Source: Octopus bimaculoides
Taxonomy: Eukaryota
Assembly (NCBI RefSeq): GCF_001194135.2
Contig: NC_068984.1
Span: forward strand, 47,386,729 to 47,448,070
Reading direction: 5' to 3'
DNA length: 61,342 bases
Positions 13,470-26,370 of this stretch are shown here, piece after piece. Every line of letters begins with the position of its first letter. Position 1 is the stretch's first letter. The notes beneath the pieces were generated by a model. It ran no database searches. It was not told where the DNA came from and saw only the letters and a program-made list of their open reading frames with translations. The position numbers and the translations under genes are program-made.

Positions 13470-13622
13470 CACTATGTCACGCTGAATATCCCCGAGAACT
13501 ACGTTAAAGGTACACGTGTCTGTGGAGTGCTCAGCCACTTGCACGTTAATTTCACGAGCAGGCTGTTCCGTTGATCGGATCAACTGGAACCCTCGACGTC
13601 GTAAGCGACGGAGTGCCAACAA
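13470..13622 (+). mobile_element. 3' part of a third SINE family (recognised as an Octopus-type repeat)
   Basis: CpG-rich gtcacgctgaat...gtacacgtgtctgtggagtgctcagccacttgcacg...gacggagtgcc ending in caacaacaa; the head lies in the gap. Family assignment is from recall only. Confidence 0.5.
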
Positions 13623-13847
13623 CAAAATTTTTCCTATACTTCTATCTGTGTGGAATAAAATATATATATATATACATGTATATATACACATATGAATATA
13701 TGTGAAATATATGTACATATGTGAAATGGTTGAGCTCTATTTCCTTTACTTTGGAGGGCTCCAAAGGGCAATTTCTAACAAAGATTCTTCATATTTCGTT
13801 GGTAGGTTACTGGCGTACGATTTTTGCGAATATGAAATTATTACCTG

Positions 13848-14460
13848 TATATGGTATGTGATGAGAATTTATGGAAAGGTATCCCATAGAAATTCAACAA
13901 ACTGTTAAAGATGGAGAAGAGATGTTAAAATTTGAAGAAGAATTTTAATACCTGCATACGAACAGCAATATTAATAGGTAAATAACATAGTAGAATTAGA
14001 AATTAATTAAATTAAATTAATTACATATCACTGTTCTCCTAAGTGCAAAAAAATACATCAAAAAATTATTATTATTGTTGTTACAGAAGAGTTTTAGTTT
14101 TTTCACAACTAGATTCATCAATTCTTTTTTAGTATGCTCTTAATCTTTTATAAGGATAAAATTTGTATATCCGAATATGTTATTTGCTATTTCCCCCATA
14201 AAATCTTTTGTAACAATACTAATGATATGTTTTTGATGCTTCGTTTTTGAACTAAGGAGAACAGTGATATGTGATTAATTTAATTTAATTAATTTCTAAT
14301 TATTCTACCATGTTATTTTCATGTTAATATCGCTGTTGGAAACGATCGTATGTATTATAAATTTTTTTTTTCAAATTCTAACATTTTTTCTTCTCCATCT
14401 TTAACAGTCTTTGGAGTTTCTATGGGATACTTTCCATAAATTCTCTTCATACACCATGTA
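13848..14460. mobile_element. foldback element / long-TIR MITE (about 245-bp arms, about 110-bp spacer)
   Basis: 13848-14092 is the reverse complement of 14203-14460 (e.g. atttatggaaaggtatcccatagaaa / tttctatgggatactttccataaat; catatcactgttctcct / aggagaacagtgatatg). Confidence 0.85.
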
Positions 14461-14465
14461 AAAAC

Positions 14466-14506
<41 letters not shown>

Positions 14507-15121
14507 CAGAGATACATATGTATTTGTGTGTGTATGTGTGCGCGCGTGCGCACGTGTGAGGGCGCGTGGAGTAGTGAGTTTATTTATGATTGCAAGATTG
14601 TGGGTTACATTCATACATCGGCAGAGCTGTGCATTGAGCTTTCTGTGGAACGCTTTATTTCACGCTACTCCGTTTCATTCAACTGTAAATGAGGAACCCT
14701 GTTCAGCTATTTATCTATTCGTATATCTAATATATGTCACTCTATCTGCATATCTAGTTATATATCTGTAGACCCCATGCCGATGTATGTATCACTCTGC
14801 TCTGGTGGTGCCCCTGCATGGACAGATACTTTGGTGTGAAACACATAAAAAATAAAAGTGTAACATTCACAGGTATTTGCTAATTAAGGTTATTTCAACT
14901 TAATTTAACTATATATTGACATAATATAGTTTTTAATGCATACATTTATAGATGTTCATGATATTGTTTCATTATATTACACGTTGAAATTGTGCTTGCG
15001 ATTTGAACACATATGAAAAATAATATAGCCCTTCTCTCACTTCCTCTCTGTTTCCACTGTGTAGTTTTTTCTGATTTCACAATTTCCGTTTCTCTTTTTG
15101 TCACCCCTTCTCCTTCTCTTG

Positions 15122-15169
<48 letters not shown>

Positions 15170-17747
15170 ATATATATATTATAANNNNNNNNNNNNNNNN
15201 NNNNNNNNNNNNNNNNNNNNNNNNNNNNNNNNNNNNNNNNNNNNNNNNNNNNNNNNNNNNNNNNNNNNNNNNNNNNNNNNNNNNNNNNNNNNNNNNNNNN
15301 NNNNNNNNNNNNNNNNNNNNNNNNNNNNNNNNNNNNNNNNNNNNNNNNNNNNNNNNNNNNNNNNNNNNNNNNNNNNNNNNNNNNNNNNNNNNNNNNNNNN
15401 NNNNNNNNNNNNNNNNNNNNNNNNNNNNNNNNNNNNNNNNNNNNNNNNNNNNNNNNNNNNNNNNNNNNNNNNNNNNNNNNNNNNNNNNNNNNNNNNNNNN
15501 NNNNNNNNNNNNNNNNNNNNNNNNNNNNNNNNNNNNNNNNNNNNNNNNNNNNNNNNNNNNNNNNNNNNNNNNNNNNNNNNNNNNNNNNNNNNNNNNNNNN
15601 NNNNNNNNNNNNNNNNNNNNNNNNNNNNNNNNNNNNNNNNNNNNNNNNNNNNNNNNNNNNNNNNNNNNNNNNNNNNNNNNNNNNNNNNNNNNNNNNNNNN
15701 NNNNNNNGCCCAACTGACGTAATATCTTTATTTAACCTTTACTATGTGTCGTCTCCCAAATCTCAGACCTACACCTTCTCTGGTCGGAACATTTCATCTA
15801 TTCTTTTCTCTCCAAAACTGCAACTGCCTGAAATTGCACCTCCACAAACGTCTGTGGGCAGACACAGACCTACCTTTAAAAGTAAACATCACCCAAATAA
15901 ATTTTAGTCTTTTCTGAGCTAGCAAAGAAAAGAAAAGAAAAGAAAAGAAAAAAAACTAAAGCAAAAGCATTTAGCTTTAAATATGTAGCATGGTCAACTA
16001 GAAGCTCCGTTGCAATTAGCAACAAAACTGTAAAATTAAATAGAGATTCGTTAGCTTGTGATATTTAAGTTCAACATCTAATAGCTCGAAGTGAGATGAT
16101 CTCCAGTAGTATGATCTGCCGAAGACTTTCAGCATGTACATAATATGTAATTCCTCTGTGGTTTCTGTAGTATCCAATAGCTAAATGGAATAAATATAAT
16201 ATACCATGTTCACAGACACAATGAAAGTTCAGAATCTAGAAATACACTGAGTAACCAAGAGTTAGTAACCCGACACTGCATCCGATAAGCTATTTCACTA
16301 CTCATACAACATATTACATCATAATTCATTAAGAACCCAACATTTATGGCATATTTATTCTCCGTCATGTTATAATGATCACTTGCTCAAATAACAAAAG
16401 ACTTCGAGCAATAAATCTTTCACAAAACGAAAATGTAATTAGTTTTATTGTATAGCACTGTAGTTATTCGTTTGACTTATGGTTGCATTCGGTGTCGTTC
16501 TGCGCAAAGAACACTTCATGGCTATGTCCATGTTTGTTTGTTTGTGCGTGTGTGTGCACTTAAAACAAAAGCTTACACACACACACCCTCACCTTGTTTG
16601 TCTTACATAATGGCAGCATTTAACATTCTATAAATATTGGTTTGCTTATAATAAATATAAGTCTATATAGAAACACACATATGCTAATACACCATGCACG
16701 CACGTATGAACACTGACAAACACGTATTATAGACATACAAGTGTAAATATACATGTGCGTGTATGCGAATACATTTCTGTAGACATACATATCTGTGTGT
16801 GAGAGTGTGCCCGTGAGTGTGTATGCGTGTGTGCGTTTGGGTATGTGTGCTTGCATGCATGAATGTGTACATGTGTATGTAATAGAGGCTGATTATCAAA
16901 ATGTGGGTTGGGTTTCCGTGACTTATACTATAAACACTTGAGGTTATAACATTGAAACATAATAATTCAGGTCAAGTCGACCTCATAAAAAAACTAGAGT
17001 TCAGCGCCGTAAATTAAAATTTTTTAACTGCCACATGCTGTTAAACTAACCGCTAACATAATTTGTTTAAAATTCGTTGTCAGACAACACACAGTTATTT
17101 TTATTAGTGTGACGTGCTTGTGAGCTTCTGCGTTTGCGTATAATGTACTTATGTCTTTGTGTAGCAGCTTCATTTTGTCATCTGCTTCGAGCTGATTTTG
17201 TACGTAGACAGTGAAATTATATTAGTAAACTGTTTCAAGCTTTCCAATGAAATATTTCATATGGTAAATAAAAATGAAAAACAATACAGAACATATGAGT
17301 TAATTCTAATAATTCTATTTACGAAGGTATTTCCATATGATATTCCTAGTCATAAGGATATATTTCTTGATATATTTCTGGATTATATGAAAGTATGAAA
17401 ATTACGGATTGGTTTATAAGATACTGCACAGCCATTCCAAAGTATTTAAAACTTATATTGATTCAATTAATTCATTTACTCAGGAAGAAATCACATAATG
17501 TTAGCCGTATACTAAATGACATATATCCTCTACTAGATGATGCAAGAGACTGAGAAATCATGCATGATACTGACTGAACCAAATCAAAATAAATAACTAG
17601 AGTCTTCAAACGTTTGATAAACCGGCATGTTCTCTCTAGCAGTTATAGCTCCTGAAAATTGTATCAATTTATGGTAAGAAATATATTTCTAAGGTCATAC
17701 ATCTTTTATCCTTCACGTTTCTTGTTAAGGTCATTGGACTACATAAA

Positions 17748-18056
17748 GTCATTGGACTACCAACTTGAAGTGTTTTGATCAAACAAATCGACACCAGTGC
17801 CTATATTTTTAAAACCTGGTACTTCCTCTGTTGGTCTCTTTGGCCGAATCACTAGGTTACGGAAGATGGAAACAAATCAACACCGGTTGTGAAGCGGTTG
17901 TGGGAGAAAAACACACACCCATATATATATGTACGACGGACTTCTTTCAGTTTCCAGCTACCAAATTCATTCACAAAGGTTTGATCAGCCCTGGGTTATA
18001 GTATGACACTTGCCCAAGGTTCTACACAGTAGAACTAAACCCGGAATCATGTTGGA
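17748..18056 (-). mobile_element. SINE family A, degenerate near-full copy
   Basis: Antisense match: aacaccggttgtgaagcgg, cttctttcagtttcc, gacacttgcccaagg; internal (TA)/(CA) tract. Confidence 0.8.
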
Positions 18057-18242
18057 ATCATTGGTAACCTAACTTTGTTATACACGTCTGGATTCTGGTC
18101 GTAAAAGCATTTGAATGACACAAAATACAATGAGACAAAATAGCTTTCCGAGGTCCTGGGCTCACAGTTTGATGGCTCCAACAAATGAACGAGTGAAGGA
18201 GTACTAGTACATACACCTACATCTATACACTGATAACTTACG

Positions 18243-18274
<32 letters not shown>

Positions 18275-18868
18275 CACATACCCATGAACGTACGCATATC
18301 TACAAATGCAAAATACGCCATAGATACCTATACTCATACATACATTCACTCTAGTCATGCAATTACATACATAGACCCATATGTATTTATATAGTTTCAG
18401 CCATACGTATGCACTGATGTGTACATAACTATATGCTCATTCAAAAACACAATAACTATGAATGCATTCACGTATATAACGTAATGCCTTACAGTATTTA
18501 GCTATGTGACCTACATATTTTACTGCTCAATAAAATCTTTATCAATCAAATATTCGGACTGATATACTTTAATATAAATCCCTCAGAAATACGTGGTGTT
18601 GTATTTGTCATAAATCATTACATTTAAGGATTGAATGATGGAATGGTAGCAACGATAGTTACGACACTTCACAAACCAAATTGAAATTAGGCGAGAGTAA
18701 ATTCTGTTAATATATTATCACCATGTGCATATATTAAAAATTATTTTTATTACTAATTAACCTAATTTTTTTTTCTTGAAAAATTCATAAAATTCCTGCA
18801 ATGCATTTCATTCTGTGAAACACATAGAGAAGAGATAAGAGACATTTAGAGAAGAGATAATCTTCAGA

Positions 18869-18974
18869 ATGAATTTTCTGCTGAAAATGCTGAATTTGTA
18901 TTCATATTTTTAGTAATTTTTTAATGGAATATTGAAGAAAACCTGTGAACTCAGCATTTTCCACGGAAATTCAT
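18869..18974. repeat. imperfect 28-bp inverted repeat (small MITE-like)
   Basis: atgaattttctgctgaaaatgctgaattt versus aactcagcattttccacggaaattcat. Confidence 0.6.
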
Positions 18975-19649
18975 GTATACAAATAGTGCATGATCTCCAA
19001 GGCTGCCGAACTTTTATGTTACCTTATGTCTATCTCGCATAAACAGATTTTCGAAGTATGCACAGTTTAGATTTGTATCGCAGAATTTTTCTTTCAAAAA
19101 TAATCTAAATATTTACAAAAATTCTTATCTGTTTCAAACAGCAGATACAGTTTTTGACGATGTTCGTAGTTTTACGTATTTCCAAAACAGACGGACTGAA
19201 TTCCTGCAAATGAAGCAAGCGAAATAGTGGAGTACTGATGTAGTTCCTTTTAAACATTAGGTCACTCTTAACGCGCAAATGAATTACTATTGGTGTTCTA
19301 AGCATGATCACCCTGCCCATGACAACCTTACCTAATTTATCTCTTCTTTTGTAAGACGGTACGACAAGAACATATAGATGGAAATTTGGTTGTTCTATAC
19401 AATGCCCAGATACCGCGAAGAATCAAGTTAATAGAATACCGGACAATTAACTGAGGTGATGGCCTTCACGTAGCATTAAAGTCAAAAACAGGACGATACA
19501 TTGGGTTTTCGCGTGTACGCAATATAAATAACAGTTAAAAATTAAAGAAATTAAACTCCCAAAAGGGGAAGTGCTTTAAGGCCCTCGTAGAAAAACCCAC
19601 AAAAGCCACGGGTACCTGAATAACAGGGCAAGAGCCTTTCTCCTTTTTT

Positions 19650-19975
19650 TCACAGGTGCACGCACAGAGTTGGTCAGTTCACACTGACCATTCTTCCAAT
19701 ATTCACCCACTTTTCAACAAACTTGCTACAAGGCAACATTTCCCTCTCCATCCTCAACTTCCATTTCAAGTGAAACTTGAAAAAGTTTATGAGGGCTTGG
19801 CCAAAGAGGAAAGTGTCTGTCTTTAGCCTTTTGAAACGGGTTCACCATACTAACTCTTTCGCTGCAGCCACTAGACAAATAAAAATTGCCTTCCTCTCCC
19901 GACCAAAAGAGGGAGGTAGGGCAATCTTCGAAATCGATTCAGCTGATAGCGGATCCGTTCGCACGCGATAGCAGG
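19650..19975 (+). pseudogene. possible R2/NeSL-like retrotransposon thumb-region remnant
   Basis: Frame reads LTILPIFTHF...NLKKFMRAW...IAFLSRPKEGGRAIFEI, loosely like the post-RT P.K.GG.G motif of REL-type elements. Confidence 0.3.
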
Positions 19976-20039
19976 TGTTCGACATAAAGCCACAGGTCAG
20001 CAATACTCGGGCACTGGACTAGGGCGTGCAGAGCGGTTT

Positions 20040-21157
20040 CATCGTTCTGGGTGCACCTCAGCAAATATAAATAGATTGGAGATGAAGAGAAAGAATGGTT
20101 GAGAGGTTTGTGGAGTATGTGGAGTGAGAGGAGAACACTTGAAGAATATTTGGTAAACTTTGGACGAAGAATTGTTACAATGTACAGCAGAAGATATGGG
20201 TATAACTGCAGATGAATCGATTGGTTAGGAGATGTTTAACGAAAGAATCGAAGAGAAGACAAAGGAGGATCTTCTGGAAATGAGAATGCATGTTCAGTTT
20301 CAAAGAGATACACTAATATGAAGGGTAACAACATCGTGGGCATGGCTTAAGAAAGGCGATATAAAGCGTACCGCTGGAAGCCTTATAATTGCAGCATAAG
20401 ACCAAGTTCTTGCAACCAATTCGGTGGAGTATAATTTCTACGAAACTTCTGGCACTCAGAAATGCAGAATAGGAAAACTTCTGGCACTCAGAAATGCAGA
20501 ATTGGAAAACTTCTGGCACTCAAAAATGCAGAATTGGAAAATGTAACCCACTTATTATACGGGTGTAAGAGCCTTACGAAAAAACAATGCAAGCGTCGCC
20601 ATGATAAAGTTTGAGGGTACCTTTATTAGATTTTATGTCGTAAATACCACCACGAAGTAACAAAATATTGACATGAGCATGCTCCAAGCCAAGTAATGCA
20701 ACAAGATGGAAAAGCAACCATATGCTGGGATTAGTATTTTCTGACTAAAAAAGTAACTGAGCATCACTGACAGGATATGGTCATATTAAACAAGGAAGAG
20801 AAATACTGTTAGATCATTGACGTAGCTATACCAAATGTTATGAATATTGCGTGTAAAGAGGTTGAAAACATCATCTGGTACGCCAAAATGAAAGTGGAGA
20901 TGACCAGACTGTTTGGAATATGAGAGATTTATGTAAAACGGATACAAGCTGTGATGAGGTATTTAGGGTCAATCCCATTCAAACTTCAAGTCTTCTTAAA
21001 GCGCTTGCGAATACCTTGTAAGATTGGTGATATACAAAAATCGGCATTGTCGGGTCGGTACTGCGCACATTTCAAGGAAAGCATTCTGAGGTCTTTGTTG
21101 TGACTTGGCAGATACTAAATACTCCGGTGCATTTTACATCTACACTGTGTGACAAAG
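20040..21157 (+). mobile_element. R4/Dong-clade non-LTR retrotransposon, 5'-truncated and decayed
   Basis: Translates with stops and frameshifts to ANINRL..KRKNG.RGL, SWAWLKKGDIK..GSLIIAA*DQVLATN, CRI..ENVTHLLYGC (zinc knuckle), RRHDKV, IIDVAIP..KEVE (REL endonuclease), IQKSAL; followed by (TAA)n at 21158-21168. Confidence 0.85.
20443..20538 (+). repeat. 32-bp tandem repeat, 3 copies
   Basis: aaacttctggcactcagaaatgcagaat(a/t)gga starts at 20443, 20475 and 20507. Confidence 0.95.
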
Positions 21158-21584
21158 TAATAATAATAGTACTAATAAAGTTGATGCCAAAATCCGAAAG
21201 CTAACGACAATGTATAGTTTGCATAATTCGAAAGCTAATGACAATGCATCGTTTGCATAAATCAAAAGCAGATATACTAGCTCGATTATACCTTCCGCGA
21301 TTAAAAAAGAAACCGTTCGCAGGTTAATACAGTACCAACTTTCATAGAAAATTGCAGCCATGGAATTCTCTGCGTCTTTGCAACAAACAAAAGATTGAAT
21401 GTTAAAACTGGGTCTCAAACATGAAGATACCAAAAAGCTGCACTCAGTGACGAAAGATGCAAGAAATGCAGCAAGATGAACCAGTACTGGAAGAAAATGT
21501 ATCTCCAACAGAAAATAAAAATAAAACATATAACTAAACAAATCAACCTTTATTACACTAAGAAGAAATAAGAGCAAAAAACCA

Positions 21585-22460
21585 CAACCAAGTAAATACC
21601 CAATTAGAGCCAAGGATCGTGGTGAATACCAAACCCTTACTCATCAGTGGCTGGTATGCTCTGGTGCCCAGCCGGAAACTGAGGGTTATATTATTACTGC
21701 TTAGGATCAGTGTCTGGAGAAAACAGCTAAAGAGAATCAATCGCATAATCTCTCGATACGGCCGACTGACATGAGAAGAATACTTGGAACGACATGGCAA
21801 CACAGTTCACTACGTACATTGGGCAATATGCCGCACATACCGATCAGTTGGTGGGGAACATAACATATCACGAGTTGTGCAGGATGCTGAAGTTACCATC
21901 ATTTTGAATTTCAGAGTTCAGAATGATCGGGAAATTCAAACTAACCAACCAGATATTGTCAAAAATCATATTGAAAAGATGTCTTTTAATGAATGCTTCA
22001 GTCTCAGCTGACAAAATACATTTGAGAAAACATTTGAGAAATTGAACAAATATAAGGATCGAGAGATAGAAATCAGAAGAATGTGGCATCTCAAAGCGAC
22101 AACTTTACCTATTGTTACAGGGGCACTTGGAATGATAGTAAAAGAGGCAAACAAATATGTTTACCAAATTCTTGGCAAGCCCTAGATAAGTGAATTTCAA
22201 AATATCGTTCTCATGGGTACTTCATATATTTTATGTGAATTCCTCTCCATGTAAATGCAGTCTTATTCATTCAGTTTTATTATAAAGTTTAGAAAAAAGA
22301 ATAATTTTTTTTATAGCACACTGATTTCATAACATAGCAGATTTTCTATTGCGTGACACCTCGTCTGTTTGTACATCTACATGCAGAAACTTACTGTCCC
22401 TTGACGTCCCTGGTTGAGTTTTAGTTTATACCTAACTAGACTTACATTTCTTGTTTCTTT
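21585..22460 (+). mobile_element. second R4/Dong-clade fragment (3' ORF plus 3' UTR)
   Basis: KYPIR...THQWL...ETEGYIITA*DQCL, HGNTVHYVHWAICR, TNQPDIV, EKLNKYKDREIEIRRMWHLKATTLPIVTGALG, QNIVLMGT; ORF ends near 22255. Confidence 0.85.
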
Positions 22461-22464
22461 CTCA

Positions 22465-22771
22465 TAAGGATAAATATGAATATCCGAAAATCATTTACTG
22501 CTATTTCCTTTATCAAGTCCTTTGTAATAATTTTTTGTTTATACCTCTTGCACCGAGAACAGTTATATATAATTATTTAAATTTCATTTAATCAAATTAA
22601 TTTAATTATATCTATTCAATCATGAATATCCAGGATTTTAATATCGCTGTACCAAACGATAGTCTGCATGAATTAAAATTCTCTTGCTTTTTAACAACTT
22701 CTCTTCATTTTACACAAATTTGTTGAGTTTTATGGAATTCCTTTCCATAAATTCGCATAACACACCATATA
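22465..22771. mobile_element. partial second copy (right arm) of the 13848-14460 foldback element
   Basis: taaggataaa...tatccgaa...gagaacagt...ttaatatcgctgt...ctttccataaattc...caccatata is colinear with 14150-14460. Confidence 0.8.
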
Positions 22772-23093
22772 CAAGTATTATTTTCATATTCACAAACTTA
22801 TTCCAGTGAGATACCATCAAAATAACAATCTATATTAGAAATCGTTTTTGGAATACTCCAAATTAAAGGACGAAATATAATTCAAGTTTTTCATATATAT
22901 ATGTACATATACATATATATATACACACACACACATATACATACATACATATATTACATATACACATATATGTACATATACATATATACATATNNNNNNN
23001 NNNNNNNNNNNNNNNNNNNNNNNNNNNNNNNNNNNNNNNNNNNNNNNNNNNNNNNNNNNNNNNNNNNNNNNNNNNNNNNNNNNNNNNNNNNNN

Positions 23094-25120
23094 GTTTATG
23101 GTCCATTCAAGTAGTGAGTTCTTGTTGAGTGAGTTGTATCCAGCTATGGGTAGCTTATCTGTTATTCCATGAAGAAATCTGTCCAGACTCCGTTTAAAGG
23201 TAATGGGATCCTTTTCCTCTTTGATCCGTTTTAGGACAATGTTAAACAGGGCAGGCCCTGTTGAGGAAAAGAAATTATGCCGCAGTGTACCTACCTATAT
23301 GTTGTGATCCTGAATTGGGCAGGGGACTATCGCCCGTGGTCCCAGCCTTGGATGAACTTTGAAACTAATGTTCAAGTCGTTTGGGCAATGCTGGTGGTAT
23401 ATTCTCCACATCGTACAAATGATGTATCGCTCGCGGCCATGCTGGAGAGAGTAGATTTTCAAGGCTTTGAGGCGGTCCCAGTAATCGAGATCAGTCATGC
23501 CTTCAATTCGGTTATTGTGTGTCCTCTGGGGTGATTCAATCCTCGAGATGTTTTGTTTTGTTTGGAGAGCCCACAAGGGGCAGCAGTATTCGAGGTGTGG
23601 CCGTACAAAGGAGGAGAAAAGTGGAATGATGACACCTTGTTCTCTGGACCGGAAGGTTCTTAAGATCCAGGAGCTCATCCTACGAGCTATGTTGACCTTA
23701 TTGTTGATGTGGGCACTCCAACTGAAATTGTTATCAACAATTACACTCAGGTCTCTGATATTATTAGATGCCGTGAACGGTTCCCCTGAAGGAAGAGAGT
23801 ATGNNNNNNNNNNNNNNNNNNNNNNNNNNNNNNNNNNNNNNNNNNNNNNNNNNNNNNNNNNNNNNNNNNNNNNNNNNNNNNNNNNNNNNNNNNNNNNNNN
23901 NNNNNNNNNNNNNNNNNNNNNNNNNNNNNNNNNNNNNNNNNNNNNNNNNNNNNNNNNNNNNNNNNNNNNNNNNNNNNNNNNNNNNNNNNNNNNNNNNNNN
24001 NNNNNNNNNNNNNNNNNNNNNNNNNNNNNNNNNNNNNNNNNNNNNNNNNNNNNNNNNNNNNNNNNNNNNNNNNNNNNNNNNNNNNNNNNNNNNNNNNNNN
24101 NNNNNNNNNNNNNNNNNNNNNNNNNNNNNNNNNNNNNNNNNNNNNNNNNNNNNNNNNNNNNNNNNNNNNNNNNNNNNNNNNNNNNNNNNNNNNNNNNNNN
24201 NNNNNNNNNNNNNNNNNNNNNNNNNNNNNNNNNNNNNNNNNNNNNNNNNNNNNNNNNNNNNNNNNNNNNNNNNNNNNNNNNNNNNNNNAGTCAACCCTGT
24301 CGAACGCTTTACTGAAGTCAAAATATATGACATCAGAGTTCGAACCTGTTCCCAAGGCTTTAAGTATATCTTTAATTTGGTGTAAGAGCTGTGTTAGACA
24401 GTCCCTGCCACAGCGAAAGCTATGCTGGTTTGCATTTAGGAGTTTGTTGGACTCCAGGATGTCAGCTATCCTTGATCTTACCACTCATTCAAATAGTTTA
24501 ATGATGTGGGAGGTGAGTGAGATTGGGTGATAGTTGACTGCGAGGGATCTGCTTCCCTGTTCGAAAACCGGGAATACAGACTGGGATAGGAGCTGTTTCG
24601 GTATATAACCTGAGTCTAAAGAATTTCTCTAGAGGATGATCAGAGGGACTGCAATTTGGTGTCTACATTCCTTCTGGAGACTAGCCGGGAATCTATCAGG
24701 CCTATAGCAGAAGAGTATTTGACCTCATTTATTGCTGCTATGATGTCTGAAGCTGTGAAGGTTATGCCCGAGATTTTATTTTGGGAATCAACTTCGTTCG
24801 TTTCTCTCACGTCAATATCAGGGGGATCATTAAAGACAGAGCATTATTGTTTCTGCAGTATTTCTGCCATTTCTTTAGCATCGTGTTGGGGAATGCCGTT
24901 ATCATCGATCAATGGCCAAAGGGGTGAGAGAGCGGTTCTATGCTTATTTGCATGAGAATATAACACTTTTGGGTTCTGGTTAATGTTTTTGATAACCCAC
25001 TGTTCCTCCGCAGCTCTTTGATTTTCAATGGAGGTTTTCATGTCGGTCTGCAGATGAAGTTTTTCCAACTCCAGCCTTTTCATTGTTGATGAATGTGGAT
25101 GTTGTATGTAGGAGTATTTT
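23094..25120 (-). mobile_element. CR1-group LINE ORF2 (reverse transcriptase) remnant, interrupted by gaps
   Basis: NYHPISLTSHIIKLFE*, NQHSFRCGRDCLTQLL, DVIYFDFSKAFDRVD, FVRPHLEYCCPLW, YWDRLKALKIYSLQ, FKRSLDRFL. The 485-N gap is about the length of the missing central RT. Confidence 0.9.
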
Positions 25121-25779
25121 NNNNNNNNNNNNNNNNNNNNNNNNNNNNNNNNNNNNNNNNNNNNNNNNNNNNNNNNNNNNNNNNNNNNNNNNNNNNNNNN
25201 NNNNNNNNNNNNNNNNNNNNNNNNNNNNNNNNNNNNNNNNNNNNNNNNNNNNNNNNNNNNNNNNNNNNNNNNNNNNNNNNNNNNNNNNNNNNNNNNNNNN
25301 NNNNNNNNNNNNNNNNNNNNNNNNNNNNNNNNNNNNNNNNNNNNNNNNNNNNNNNNNNNNNNNNNNNNNNNNNNNNNNNNNNNNNNNNNNNNNNNNNNNN
25401 NNNNNNNNNNNNNNNNNNNNNNNNNNNNNNNNNNNNNNNNNNNNNNNNNNNNNNNNNNNTGATTGTGTATAGAGGAATATATTATTTTGGTTAAAAGAGT
25501 TCCAACACTGTCTGTTTTTTATGTTTTATTTATATTCCTGCAGAACCAATGTGGGGTATAGAATATGGAATATACAATATATAATATAATATACAATATA
25601 TAATATAAAATAAAATAAAATAAAAATGGATGGCACTATGAAATAAAGTATTGAATGTAGATGAAATATTGAGTGTTCAATATAAAGGATCAAATATATA
25701 AATATAAGTATATAAAGGCGACTCGAGTTTCAGGGCTATTTCCCTTCGTCATGGCCGGTATGACAGACTTTAACAGTTG

Positions 25780-25935
25780 CTGCGTTGATGTGTCTGTAAC
25801 TTATCAGTTTGGCAAAAGACACCGTTAGAATAAGTACTAGGCTTACAAACAATAAATCATGAGGGTTGATTTGTCCGACGAAAAGTGGTGCTCCAGCGTG
25901 GCTGCAGTCACATGTCTGAAACAAGTAAAACAATA
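25780..25935 (+). mobile_element. SINE family A, 3' fragment
   Basis: ggcaaaagacaccgttagaataagtactaggcttacaaac...gtggtgctccagcgtggctgcagtcac...gaaacaagtaaaa. Confidence 0.75.
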
Positions 25936-25939
25936 AAAC

Positions 25940-25968
25940 AATACATACATACACACACAGACATAAAC

Positions 25969-26003
<35 letters not shown>

Positions 26004-26073
26004 TATATATATATGTATATATATACATACACACATACATATATATATATACACATATATACACATTCATACG

Positions 26074-26127
<54 letters not shown>

Positions 26128-26235
26128 CATACATACATAGATACATATACATATATATATACATACATAGTTTCATATACATATATATACATACATACAC
26201 AGTTTCATATACATATATATACATACATACACATA

Positions 26236-26267
<32 letters not shown>

Positions 26268-26370
26268 CATATATATAGAGAGAGAGATGTATGTATATAC
26301 ACACACGCGTGTGTGCGTGTATAAACTTTCATTGAAGATATATACACAAATGCAGACATACATACGTACA
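25940..26370. repeat. long compound (TA)/(CA)/(TACA) microsatellite
   Basis: Directly visible; source of the spurious YI/HT ORFs. Confidence 0.95.

Noticed and set aside
25515-25562. Strong plus-strand acceptor (T-rich...cctgcag) with a 12-nt microexon
   Set aside because: The donor (GG|gtatag) is poor, and T-rich tracts are ubiquitous here.
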